Origin: Phoronis australis
Lineage: Eukaryota; Animalia; Phoronida
Length of the DNA stretch: 64,000 nucleotides
Direction: 5' to 3'
Assembly (NCBI GenBank): GCA_002633005.1
Contig: NMRA01000004.1
Coordinates: forward strand, 1,719,144 to 1,783,143
Shown: one piece after another, positions 13,380-26,500 of the stretch
How the letters are laid out: every line of letters starts with the position of its first letter
How positions within the stretch are numbered: position 1 is the stretch's first letter
Position numbers and translations under genes: made by a program
Notes under the pieces: model-generated
What the model saw: only the letters and a program-made list of their open reading frames with translations
Database searches by the model: none
What the model was told of the DNA's origin: nothing

Positions 13380-16041
13380 CTGGGTACAAGTCCCACTCCC
13401 ACTTCTGGTGGAAGGTACATGCATAAGAGTGACCGCACGAGAACACAAGACAAAAGTGGGACCATAACATGTCGCATATTGTTTTACATATACCTTACTT
13501 GAACATATAGGAGGAATGAATAAGTGAAATGTTTTTAGGTTGAAGAAGTTTTGAATTCTTACCAATCTGACATTAATTGGGACTCGTGACCATGTCTTTT
13601 TAGTAAAATTTAGCCAAAAAGAAAGAAAAATACATTCATAGAAAAACAGGGTACCAATAGTGAGCAAATTTTATTTGATATAAATGTTCAAGATTCGATC
13701 TCGAAAACGCAGTTACAATTTTCTAAAATTTCATTTCGTTTTATTCAATTTACCGGTTTCATAAAAATCATAAGGAATATTTTTGAAAGCTCCTACTGCA
13801 TAGACAATTCCCAACACCTGTTTGGAGAACAGTGCACAAAGCATAGTATCTGACGTTACATATGCATACGATAAGGCATTACAAGGACAAGGGCCAGTAG
13901 TATCTGACGTTACATATGCATACGATAAGGCATTACAAGGACAAGGGCCAGTAGAAGAGAAGAAACCTTGAACACACCACAGTAGAAAGTGGAGGTATCT
14001 CTAACAACAGCAAGGTAAATAAGGGGCTAAATGCTGGCCAACTGTACTAGCACAAAATACCTGTAAAATTCTAGAGGGTAGATGACACAGCCATGAAATG
14101 AATCTTCTGAAATCGCGTTTATGGGTCTCTCTCCCAGAAAATGGGCACCAGGGTGGCGCCACAATGCAATACTTGTGATGAGTACCTCAGACAATACCAA
14201 CTGACGAAAAACCCTACCGGAGACAATAACACTTTTGCTGACCCACAACGCAACTTCCTTTGTTTATCCACCATTGCTCAAGTTTTGTGCTTTGTTTTTT
14301 CTGGCACTCTAGAAGCATTGGGATTTCATAAGAGTTGAATGCATTTGAAAATTAACTTCATTATACTTTAAATATCAAAGAATTCTGACAAATTTCAAAT
14401 TAAATTCTTATATTACTCAACAGTATGAATTTAAAGCAAAATCAGAAGATATTGTGAAGGCTGTGCTTGGTGAATTAAAATATGTTTTTGAAAACAACTT
14501 CATCTGAAAACTGTTGATCCACCAGTTCAAACGAATGTCCTTAAATTGTACACAGCAATGCTTAGAGCAGAACGAAGTATACCCAGGAGTCTCGCCGACA
14601 ACAAAGGAGCATCTATACATAAGGCCAAACAAAGCACAGTTAGTTCTGGTCTGTTTTCTTGAAAGTCAACTTGGTCNGGAATATTTTTGAAAGCTCTTAC
14701 TGCATAGACAACTCCCAACACCGTTTTGGAGAACAGTGCACAAAGCATAGTATCAGACGTTACATATGCATACGATAAGGCATTACAAGGATAAGGGCCA
14801 GTAGAAGAGAAGAAACCTTGAACACACCACAGTAGAAAGTGGAGGTATCTCCAACAGCAAGGCAAATAAGGGGCTAAATGCTGGCCAACTGTACTAGCAC
14901 AAAACACCTGTAAAATTCTAGAGAGTAGATGACACAGCCATGAAATGAATCTTCTGAAATCGCGTTTATGGGTCTCTCTCCCAGAAAATGGGCACCAGGG
15001 TGGCGCCACAATGCAATACTTGTGATGAGTACCTCAGACAATACCAAATGACGAAAAACCCTACCGGAGACAATAACACTTTTGCTGACCCACAACGCAA
15101 CTTCCTTTGTTTATCCACCATTGCTCAAGTTTTGTGCTTTGTTTTTTCTGGCACTCTAGAAGCATTGGGATTTCATAAGAGTTGAATGCATTTGAAAATT
15201 AACTTCATTATACTTTAAATATCAAAGAATTCTGACAAATTTCAAATTAAATTCTTATATTACTCAACAGTATGAATTTAAAGCAAAATCAGAAGATATT
15301 GTGAAGGCTGTGCTTGGTGAATTAAAATATGTTTTTGAAAACAACTTCATCTGAAAACTGTTGATCCACCAGTTCAAACGAATGTCCTTAAATTGTACAC
15401 AGCAATGCTTAGAGCAGAACGAAGTATACCCAGGAGTCTCGCCGACAACAAAGGAGCATCTATACATAAGGCCAAACAAAGCACAGTTAGTTCTGGTCTG
15501 TTTTCTTGAAAGTCAACTTGGTCGGTGGGTATTTTTAGTTGCTCACTCTTTCAAAAAAGAAAGTATAATTGAGACGAGTAAAAGCGATGCAGGATTTGTT
15601 GTTTTTTACTCATCACTCAGGAAATGATGGTGTTTTCGAACCTTTCCTGCCCTTGCCTAAGTGCCCTTGTGCAGCTTTTCACAAAACACAAAAATTGATG
15701 AGGGCCAGCATTTTTAGTGGGTGAACACAGAACTCAAAATGAATTAAGTAAAGACTAGATCCAACTTTGCTTTTTTGCCTAATAACAGCACTGCATTACA
15801 CTCAAAGTGACAGACAATCTGCATCAAGGAAAACATCTCAAATTAAAAGATCTTACTTGTCTGTTTCCTGTTTGTCACTATCAGCTTTTACAACATATCC
15901 CTCTCAAGGGCATGAACACCAAGCCATTCAGATAGCAAACTTTTCAACAACCAATAATGTCATTTACACAACATTATAAAAATAACTTCTTATAAGGTAA
16001 AGCAATGAATTATTTCTGAACAAGTTCCCATTGTAGTCCAT
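13380..16041 (+). repeat. Dispersed repeat family A, long copy, containing a duplicated block around N 14677
   Basis: Shares blocks with 1757-2222, ~33545-34300 and ~57060-57390. 13774-14676 is repeated at 14678-15523. Confidence 0.75.
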
Positions 16042-16245
16042 TTAAATTAAGTGATCATGATAACTTAAAACTACAACTTAGTGCGGTGCACTTTCACGTA
16101 TAAACGAATGGGTGTGTAATTAAGACTAACAAAAATACGAGGACTTATTCAGACTGATGAGTTGTGCAATGGCGAGTTAATTGAAGCAGTTTGTACAGTT
16201 CAAGTGCTGACAGTCTATGCCAAGTTTATATACTGAAAATCCGAA

Positions 16246-16430
16246 TGCCAATTTTATGTATTGATAATCTATGCCAATTTTATGCATTGACAATCTATGC
16301 CAATTTTATGTATTGACAATCTATGCCAATTTTACGTATTGACAATCTATGTCAATTTTACGTATTGACAATCTATGTCAATTTTATGTATTCATAATCA
16401 ACTTCAACTTTATGAATTGACAATCTGTGT
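16246..16430. repeat. 24-bp minisatellite (tgccaattttatgtattgacaatcta-like)
   Basis: About 7 tandem copies visible. Confidence 0.85.
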
Positions 16431-16495
16431 CAAGTTTACTTATCGAAGATCTACAGGAAAGTTTATGTATAAGTAATTATTTATGTTCCCATATG

Positions 16496-16501
16496 TTTAT
16501 T
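16496..16501 (-). terminator. Candidate SNX8 polyadenylation signal (AATAAA on the minus strand)
   Basis: tttatt about 0.9 kb downstream of the SNX8 stop, near the edge of repeat DNA. Confidence 0.4.
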
Positions 16502-17411
16502 AGTCTTCCTGCTGGTACATCTTTAACTACAATATAAGAACAAGGGTACAAAAATAAAGCTAACCATATATAATGCCACAGCATTCAAATTTGAATGACA
16601 AAATCATTTACCTATTCCAACAGGTCTGGCAAATGTGTGGAGATTGGTATTAGCAGAAAACGAAGAAAAATAGGATTTCAAAAATGTTTACATTTGTGTT
16701 GTTACAGCAACAAATTAGCATACTTCATCCATCCAAACCCCGTGGTCATGGATAAAAAAGCTTGTAATTTTTGTACTTTCAACTTATTTTGTGCTAGCGA
16801 AGGACGTACCTGTATTGTGAACTTTGGCGCAATCACAATAAAATTGTGCCATTGTCACAAAAATGCATTCAAATTTGAACTGGTGAATTGCACAGGTGTT
16901 TGTGACCATGGACAAGCTATCCTATATGGAGTCTTCAACATCTCCACATAACTAACAGCTATCAGTTGGTTACAACCTGCACACAACAGTCCCGCAATAA
17001 TGTACACAACAGTTCCGCAGCAAGACTCCCTGATATTTTAGCCCAGCTAAAATTATTTACAACAATTGGGATTAAAATCCACCCAAGGAAGATAAAACTC
17101 AAATATGTTCAACGATTTAGTTAATTCAACAGACAGTCACGTAGACAACAAGTTATAATTTGTAATATCTAGGTTTATAACAAAACAATTTAATATCAGC
17201 ACTCCAACATCACTTTCTTATGACAATGGACAATTCACTTCAGGTTTACAAACTGTGGATAACGTATCATGCAACAAGATATAACTGTGAAACAGCACCA
17301 CGTATAAATCAGTAATAACCCAATGTGCATTCAATAGTAATCTCAATATTGTTCATACTGAATTCTTTTTACTGCCACTGTTTCCCAGGTCTTTCCATGT
17401 CATTTTTCACT

Positions 17412-17540
17412 TCACACAGTAATCCCAGCTGTCTTCTGTGTTGCCACTGGTGACATGGTGGGTGAGTTCATATTGGAGTGGGAGTCTGAAGGCAAGATTC
17501 CAGCAATGATGGGCTTCACCTGTTCCCAGACTGCGCTCAT
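17412..17540 (-). CDS. SNX8: SNX8 last exon ([10 protein letters not shown]...GITV*)
   Basis: tttcag acceptor, TGA stop, resembles the SNX8 C-terminus MSKVW. Confidence 0.85.
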   Translation of the reverse strand: MSAVWEQVKPIIAGILPSDSHSNMNSPTMSPVATQKTAGITV

Positions 17541-20500
17541 CTGAAACATGACAAGATCTGTGAAGTAACAACATTTTCAAAATATACAATGAGTGGAGGA
17601 CACGAGTCAATATCACAAAAAGTTTAGTTAACATTTCACTAAAAATAAGTTTATTTTTTTTCTGATCTCGTCTTAACCTGCAAAATATCATAACTGGTTA
17701 ATTGCCACAGGTGTAAATCAGCCTTATAACCAAAAAGCCCATTCTTTAGTGAAACAGGTCCAGAATACTAAATGGACAAAAACACAAAAAATTAGCTTTA
17801 TCACTCAGTGTGGATGTTGTAACCCTGAATGAGGTTACTGGAATGAAGGCAAAATGATATCACAACACACATTCTGTACAATCACCAAAGACAAAGTTAC
17901 AAACAGCATTCTTGAAGGAAGCACACATTTTCAATAACTTGAGGGTCAAACATGCCAGACCAAAGCACCACGGGCCACTCAACCAGTAGCGGCAAATGAC
18001 ACTAGAAACTACATTTTGCACCGTTTAGGTGCCTTAAAAACGAAAACTAATTATAGGCTTTTACTCTCATAACATTCGTTACAACGATTTCAGTCTCACA
18101 ACATTCCTTACAATGATTTCATTTCCAATACCAAAAAGAACATTGAGAGCAACTATGATGCAAGAAAATGATTCAGAGTTTAATGGAGTTGGTACGGCAC
18201 ATGACTTGTAGGCTTTGCCTGTGACTTTAGTTGTCACCTTACTTGGCACTAATTCAAGATCAGAAGGGTGTGCAGCACTAGATGCATGGCTTAACATCTG
18301 GCAAAAATCCTAGGTGGCCAAAATTAAAAATCCCAGGTCGCTTAATAAAATCTGAAGTTGGCGAATCAGCGTGGGAATCGTCGACTGAAAAAAAAGGTTG
18401 TATGATCATACTGTGCCCCATTCTCAGAATCTTACGTGTATCTCTCCAATTTCTCCCCATATATGTACATTCATTGACTAACTCAGTTCCTCCTGACAAT
18501 GAACGAACATAGAAAGCGGACGATCGCATACACTGGTGGCACGTATTTCACCGATCTTGACTGATTTTTGCCAAACAATTTCAACTTCCGTCAGTTTACT
18601 TCCTGTTGTAACTTAAGCGCGTTTCATGTGTGCTGATTGCTGTGGTGTCAATGCACTGATTTCAAGAAATAAACACTTGTGAATCAAAGGTAATGTATCT
18701 AGGAAAAACGTAAGGAAGCCAACATGAAACTTTGAAACGAATTTTGGGGGAATTAGGCTATTGGCTGACTTTGATACAGGTGGTGGCGACTTCTTTCCAG
18801 GTTGCCAAATCGAGCACTGGCGTGGTAATATTTTTGACCCCAAACAGCTTCAATGGCGAAATGCAGCTTTAATCAAGAGTTCAAAACTATCACGTTGAGT
18901 ACAACTTAGGTTTCTTTGAATAAAGCACACTCACTGAGTAGTACAACAAAACGATACTAGCCACTTACAAGGGTCCCATATTTTGAGAACCTGGGTCTCA
19001 AAATGAGGACCCTCATAAGGGACTATTACTGGCAAAACACCATAAATAATGAAGTTAACGTGACCGTAAACTATTTTTTACTACACTTATCACACTACAA
19101 CAGGTGTTTTGTGACTTAAGAACCAGCGGCCCATTCCAAGAAACCGACTTTACTTCATTTTTTACTTATGTCTAACATTTGTCTCAAAGTCCAAACTTTG
19201 AAACTTCCATATCTGGTAAGAAAGTCAAACTAAAGATCTCTTTCTTGACATTGATTTGAGACAAATATAAATTTTGTCTTAAAATTGACGATTAAAGATT
19301 TGTCTTAGCTAAGTCAGTTTTCTTGGAATGGGCCCGTGTGCCCAATTGAATGAAACAGTTCCAAATGCGGACTAAACTAAGTTCCCTAAATTTGCTGCGT
19401 ATTTGTGGTCTTGTGAAAACACTGATTGTCCTTTTTATGCTATTTGAGTTTCATTACTAAGTCAATTTTTGGATTTGATACAAATCGAGTGAATTCTACA
19501 TTGAATTCTCAATATCATAGAGAATAAGAATAAGCAACACACCTAATTTAAGGACTAAGTCTCCAATCATTATGACTTAATTAAAGGATTAGTTTTTAGT
19601 TATATTATCAGAAAATGTCATTAGTCAAAGGAGAGGCCATAATAAAGAAACAATGATAGGAAAAAATATGACATCTGTGAGTAAAGAACAAAACAAATAC
19701 GCATAAGTTTTAGGGAATTAGTTGAGTCCCTATTTGGGACTGTTTCAAGCAACTGGGCACTGTCCTCTAAAACCCTAACCTAAAACATCCACATGTTAAT
19801 TTTTTTTACACCAAGTGATGTATCCTGTACCGAAGCCTTTTCAAAAACAAGAGCAAAGTTCATACTTCAGCTGCACACGTAGCTTCTTAGAAGTAAATCC
19901 TTCATTAGCCATTAGGCTCACTGGGCCCGTTTTTTTTGTAGTGCGAGTCATTCGATTCAGTCTGAATGGGACACTAGTCAATTATACTTTACAGCCAGTT
20001 GTACAGTAACAAGGATTCAACAAGCAAGTTAAAGTGAAAATTCTCAACGACACAACTACACCAACCAAAAAGCAACATAGATGCTATTTTATAGCCTTTT
20101 ACATCACAACTAAATCGTAGTGAGACATACCTCAACATGACTTTGACATTCAACGGTAGCCATGTTGTTCAGAACATTGTAAAGACACTTGAGATTTGCA
20201 TGAATCAACTGTGTCTCCATCTGTATGCAGTGAAGTGAAAAATAGTTCCGGTTCTCCATGTTGGCTATTGCACTTTCTTGCTGTAAAAAAGCAGCTCATA
20301 GTTTGATATTGTACTTACAAACGCAAAAGTGTCATGTAAAACTTGTTCACAGCTAACAAGGCAGTATATTTGCATTCGGAGTTGGATGCCCAAGTTGACT
20401 TGTGTAAACAGTGTCTCTCAAAGTCAGATGCCGATTTGAATGAATCCACAACCAAAGTATCTATTTTTGGCTTAAAATTTAGAAAATTAGAATATTCCCA

Positions 20501-23500
20501 GTTCACTGCCCAATAAAATTGAAGACATTTGTACCTCCTTAAATGTCGAACGAGATTTCATACAGAGTATATATGGTAGAACCTATACCAAAATTAACAA
20601 CCGAAATCGAACTGCATTCAGAAATATTGGAATACATTCAAATTTTCATTTTTAAGAAACAATCATTTGTCATGTTTGAGAGTAAAACAACCTGATTATC
20701 AAGTTGTGAACCAAGACACAGTCGTAGTCAAGTATCAGAGTTAACAAGGTCACTTGAAACATACTGCAAAATAAAAAAACATGCCAAAAAAGATTTATCC
20801 AAAGAACAATTTTTGACACAACAAATAATCCAAGAACAAACTATTAAGGTTTCTTGGGTGAACAACGCATTGCCTTTTAAGGTGCAGCAATGTGCCACAG
20901 ACCAGAAATCCCACACAAAGCAGAGCATAACCCCGCGCCTTCTGTCAACAAAAATTTTGATTTATGCCACCATCATTACAAAATTGGTATCACCTTGTTC
21001 CTTATTGAGATTCATCTAATTTATGGGATGGAGAAGAACTTACAAGTCATGATTGCTTCAGACCTGGCTTTATGCAGAAGTACAAGGGCTTAATTTCAGC
21101 CGCTAAAGCAGTGTTGTTACAAAATAACAAATATGTCTGAGAAGAAACATTATTGTTTTTGACATCAGCGCCTGGTATATATAATGGCCTTAAAAAAACT
21201 ACATAACGGCACACAATACAACAAACCTCCAAAATTCGATGTTCAATTTGTTCAACTTTGCCGACTTCAGAACTACCCTGTAATGTTGCCGACATCTTCT
21301 TCTTTTTATACTGGCCCATTTTGGCAATGGCTTTTTGGTGATCACCAAGCACTCCTTTCTCGTGTCTTTCACACAAATCCTAAAAAATAGAGATAACATA
21401 AAAGCTCGAGTAGGCAAATGATTTTCTCAGACAACTTTACAGCAAAAAAACTACAGTAAGAGAAACTGCATATTTTTGGACAAATAATGAAGTCTAAGCC
21501 TTCATAGTAGGAGCACCCAAAACTTTACCAAGGCAGCAGAATTTCCACAAGTGGACTTGAAATATTCTTTTACATGAACAAAAGTAATAAAAAAATTAAA
21601 CCTGTTCAGACTGTATAGTACTCACTAATTCTTAATCTCTTGGGAGCCTTGTGTTCTCTTCTTGAAGACTGGTAGAATGATTGGAATGTCAGGACAGGAG
21701 CAGCTTTCTGCTGTGCTCTCGCCACCAAATACAATTTATAGCACTGTTCCAAACGGTGGACAAAACAAACCTACCACTACTGTTTGGAACGGTACTATAC
21801 ATTGTTTCTTGTAAGAGCACAACAGAAAGCTCCACGTGTCCTGCCATTTCAATCATTCAACTATTCCTAAAGAAGGGAGTCGGATGCTCCCCTGAGCTTA
21901 AGGATTTTAGCAAGTACTATACAGTCGAGCTGAACACAAGTACTATACAGTCGAGCTGAACACAAGTACTATACAGTCGAGCTGAACACAAGTACTATAC
22001 AGTCGAGCTGAACACAAGTACTATACAGTCGAGCTGAACACAAGTACTATACAGTCGAGCTGAACAGGTTTAATTTCTTTTTTCATGAACTTTCCAAGAT
22101 GAATCAAGTTTTACATTTCAAAATAAAAGTAAGTTGTGAAGAGACATCCTATCACAGACAAACATCACTAGACATTCAGTAATTACAACACTTTAGCTCA
22201 TCTGATCACTCACAAGTTTGTCTTGTGTAGTAAAGCTTTTGTTTGTAACTAGAGTACAGTGATTATGTTAAAATTTCAACACCTTGGATAAAACAATTGC
22301 TAAAATTTCCCTTTTTTCATTTTTAAAAGGCGTCTATCATTGTTGTGATTGCACAGAATTTTTAAAAACTTTGTCTGATGGTAGCTGTGGTACAAAACTT
22401 AAACATGGATATGCATTTAATTAGCTATTACACAAGTTGCATGCAAAACATGATTAGTCATGATAGTATCTCCCAAATTGGAAACATTTTACCAAACCAA
22501 GCCCCTTAATGCAACAGCAAAATAATTTACCATGGTGCTCACATTTATAATACCGACTGTAATAATGATGAATATAGCCAAAACCTTGTGAATACTAACA
22601 CCTTTGCAAGTGGAAAAGTAATCAGCTAGGCTGTATATAACTCTTTGTCTATAGACACTGATTTTCTGTGATATCTGAAACTGATGGAATTCCCAGATTT
22701 GGACTTGTTTAATGGAATTGGAGCTTTTTAAGGGAATTCACATATTTCAGTAGTAGATACCATACCTTTTTATTTGAATTAACAAAAATTAAGAACATCA
22801 TTCATCAAATTTATTACAAGAGAAAATTTCTGGTCACAATTCGAATGGTGATTGTTTTTCAGACATTCCTTTCTGAGGTTAGTGCTTTTCCTGTGTGGGT
22901 TTTGAGAAACAATGAACTTGGCATGTGGACACTTTACGGTAAAATGGAGCTGCAGGATAAATGCAGTGGCAAGAGCAATGCAATTTCGTTTACACTTTAT
23001 GTAATTTATTACTTTGGCATGGCAAATATAATTTGCTAAATGGAAAAAAAATATTATGCTTGCTAAAACAGATTTACCTATTTTTTGAAAACAGAAAATC
23101 AAGGTCTCCCTTTGTGTTGAGAGAACAGATAATAACTAAATGTGACATGATCACGCCAATGACCATTTGATTAACAAAATACAACAAAACCCCATACTTT
23201 GTATGAATGAAGCAAGTCCAACAACACACGCAGTTCTTCAACAATAGAATTTTCTTCTCTCATCGCCTGTTGACTAGACTTGTCTGACAGAGCAGCAAAT
23301 TCCACAGACAAGTGCTTGAATCCTTTCTTTAAATGCATCCATGTGTCATCCGAGCCTTTAGACCAAGAGGTAACTGGTGTTTCATTGTTACTTAGGGAAC
23401 TGCAAACAATGAGACATAAGACACGGGCAGCTTTTGAAAAAACATCCACAGAAGTCCCAGTGTTTGAAGCGGACAATCATATGCGCATATATTAAGCTGC

Positions 23501-26500
23501 TGGTCTTATCTTAATGACTTACACACAAGGCCTCACTGAGTGAACCCCAGACTTTAAATAATATCGCTTGCACAGATAAAGAGGCAAGGCATCCCAACAT
23601 TTTCTCAGAGCCTGCCCATAATGAATTACATAAATATTAGTAGTATCAGTATCAGTTTCGTGAGTCTAAGTAATAAAACATACTTCTAACAGTAATGAGA
23701 ATACTACTGAGACACACAGTATGTTTTACAAGTGACGTTGGAACAATCAAGGCGAACTTTTGATATGGATTGGCCAATAGTAAACAAACAATCCATGATG
23801 CACATTAATCATTGTATATGCCTTTGAAGTATCATCCAGCTCCAAATGATTACACATATTAAGATGTATTTTGTCCCCTATGAGCGATGCAAACAGGTTG
23901 AACAATTACTTGTCTAAGGTCAGCATTTTATCTACAGTTGGCTTGTTATCTCCCCAAAGTCCCAAATTCTGTCCATCTGCTTTTACCATTGGAATAATGA
24001 GTGGGACCCATTCATCCAACTTAACAAGCATAATAATATCTAGGCATTGTAATCATTCCAATTCTTCATGTTTCTCATGCATCACACTTTCCAAAATATT
24101 TCTCAACTACATTTACAAAAATTACTACTTTACCGCTTCAATGAGCCACATTAAATTCTATGTTCTTTGACTTAAGAGTAACATGAACCAGTTGTATTAA
24201 CCAGGCACAAGACTTAAGTTCATACATCACTTACCTTAACTCCTTTCCCATCATTAACATGTCGGTGGCATGTTGTGTTGATCGGAACGCCATTCTTTCA
24301 GCGTAGTCTCTCAGTTTAGAGACACCTGCAGTTAACACTTGAATGATATGTTCTTTGCTGTAACTTAACTGCATCTGAGTGTCCACTGGCACTAAGTCCT
24401 GCAATAAAATACACACTGTTACCCTTGGCAGTGTACACTGTCAGGATTATGGCCACTCACTCATAACAAAATGTTACATTTGCGATGTACACACAAGTCT
24501 TAACCTTTCAAAAAACGATAAATGACATTTTCTGTGGAGTGTCAACTGACCATTATGTCGATCAGATAGTGAAAACCTATGAATCAATAATGAAATCAGT
24601 CCTTTATGCAGAAGAGTTGCACCTTTTTTCAACATTCACATGCATTTAAAGGAAAATGTGTGTATTTAAGGTGTATGAAGATTTGTGTACTCTTTAACAG
24701 CAACACACATCTATCACACCATTGCCATGATCAGAACAAATCAATGCTTGGCACACCTTTGCTTTCAGTGCTATTTCACTCGTCATAAATTCATCTGGTA
24801 CCCCTCGGAAGTGTTCCTTAATTTTATGCTGCATATCCTACAAAAACAGATAGAAACATTCATCACAAGATTTGTGCACAACATATTGGAAAAAGATGGA
24901 ATGAAAACAGTCAGAAGATTGTGTCCAGGGTATCAGTACAAAAATGCCTAAGATAACTGTACAATGACAGCAGTAATTCATTGATATACACTTTCACTGC
25001 CTATCTCAGTAAACTTTCTTAGCAAGTCAGATTTGACACCAACAAGCAGTGCTAGCTTTTGAAATGTTAATACAAGCATGTAACAGACTTAATTTTAAAA
25101 ATGTCACACTATATAACAGAGCACAAACCACGCATACACTATATAACAGAGCACAAACCACGTACATACTTTATAACAGAGCACAAACCACGCATACACT
25201 ATATAACAGAGCACAAACCACGTACATACTTTATAACAGAGCACAAACCAAGCACACACTATATAACACAGCACAAACCACGTACATACTTTATAACAGA
25301 GCACAAACCANCTGGTACCCCTCGGAAGTGTTCCTTAATTTTATGCTGCATATCCTACAAAAACAGATAAAAACATTCATCACAAGATTTGTGCACAACA
25401 TATTGGAAAAAGATGGAATGAAAACAGTCAGAAGATTGTGTCCAGGGTATCAGTACAAAAATGCTTAAGATAACTGTACAATGACAGCAGTAATTCATTG
25501 ATATACACTTTCATTGCCTATCTCAGTAAACTTTCTTAGCAAGTCAGATTTGACACCAACAAGCAGTGCTAGCTTTTGAAATGTTAATACAAGCATGTAA
25601 CAGACTTAATTATAAAAATGTCACACTATATAACAGAGCAAAAACCACGTACATACTTTATAACAGAGCACAAACCACGCACACACTATATAACAGAGCA
25701 CAAACCACGCACACACTATATAACAGAGCACAAACCACGAACACACTATATAACAGAGCACAAACCACGAACACACTATATAACAGAGCAAAAACCACTC
25801 ACACCTTATATAACAGAGCACAAACCACGCACATACTATATAATAAACAACGACTTACGGAGCCTGTAAAGGAGAGGAAGAACTTTAAGATTTTGTCATC
25901 TGCCATGACTGGATGTCGAGCTACCAAGTTGATGAACCTTCTTAAGCATTTACGCCGATGTTCGATGAATTCCCTATCAACTGTAAATATCACACTTTAT
26001 TAGTCATGATATCAAACAGTTAGCAAAGGAGGTCTAATCAAAACAACACATTTTGGTTAATATAATGAATACAGTCAATTACTACAATATTTGGTGCCAC
26101 ATTTAAAAGGAAAAAACAAAACCTAAAAGTGACAATTCCAGCATGAGAATCAAACCTTCAAAAAGGTCTACACTGGACACAGCTCAAACCTGTGAATAAT
26201 CATGACACAGTGCCCTGCATTGCAAACAGTTCAAGCATTTGTAAACATTAAGTAGTGCAGCATGTACTCTGTCAGATGACACAGACCTCCTACAGCACTT
26301 ATCTCAACTTGTTCCTTACTCACATGAGAATGGTTCCTGAGCTTTCAAAGAACTAAAAGTTCATTATTACAACCAGACCATCTTACCGGGAATTTCTGTA
26401 GATAAGCCCATGGGCGTGTATTCGAAAAATGAAAATTTTGAGGTGTTTCAGCGACACCAAATGAACGCCCGGGCATTTATTCGGAAAAGGGGGCGTGTAA

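Noticed and set aside
14027-15627. Pairs of identical ORFs suggesting a tandem gene duplication
   Set aside because: They lie in a repeat duplicated around N 14677 and show no protein-like motifs.
18613-18843. Minus ORF considered as the SNX8 last exon
   Set aside because: It has no SNX8 similarity; 17540-17412 has a good acceptor and the matching MSxVW motif.
21911-22066. 26-bp direct repeats, superficially CRISPR-like
   Set aside because: There are no spacers, the units are contiguous, the array is in a eukaryotic intron and no cas genes are present; it is a minisatellite.
25049-26003. Repetitive ORFs (LYNRAQTT / HYITEHKP)
   Set aside because: They are translations of a 30-bp intronic minisatellite that is open in several frames.
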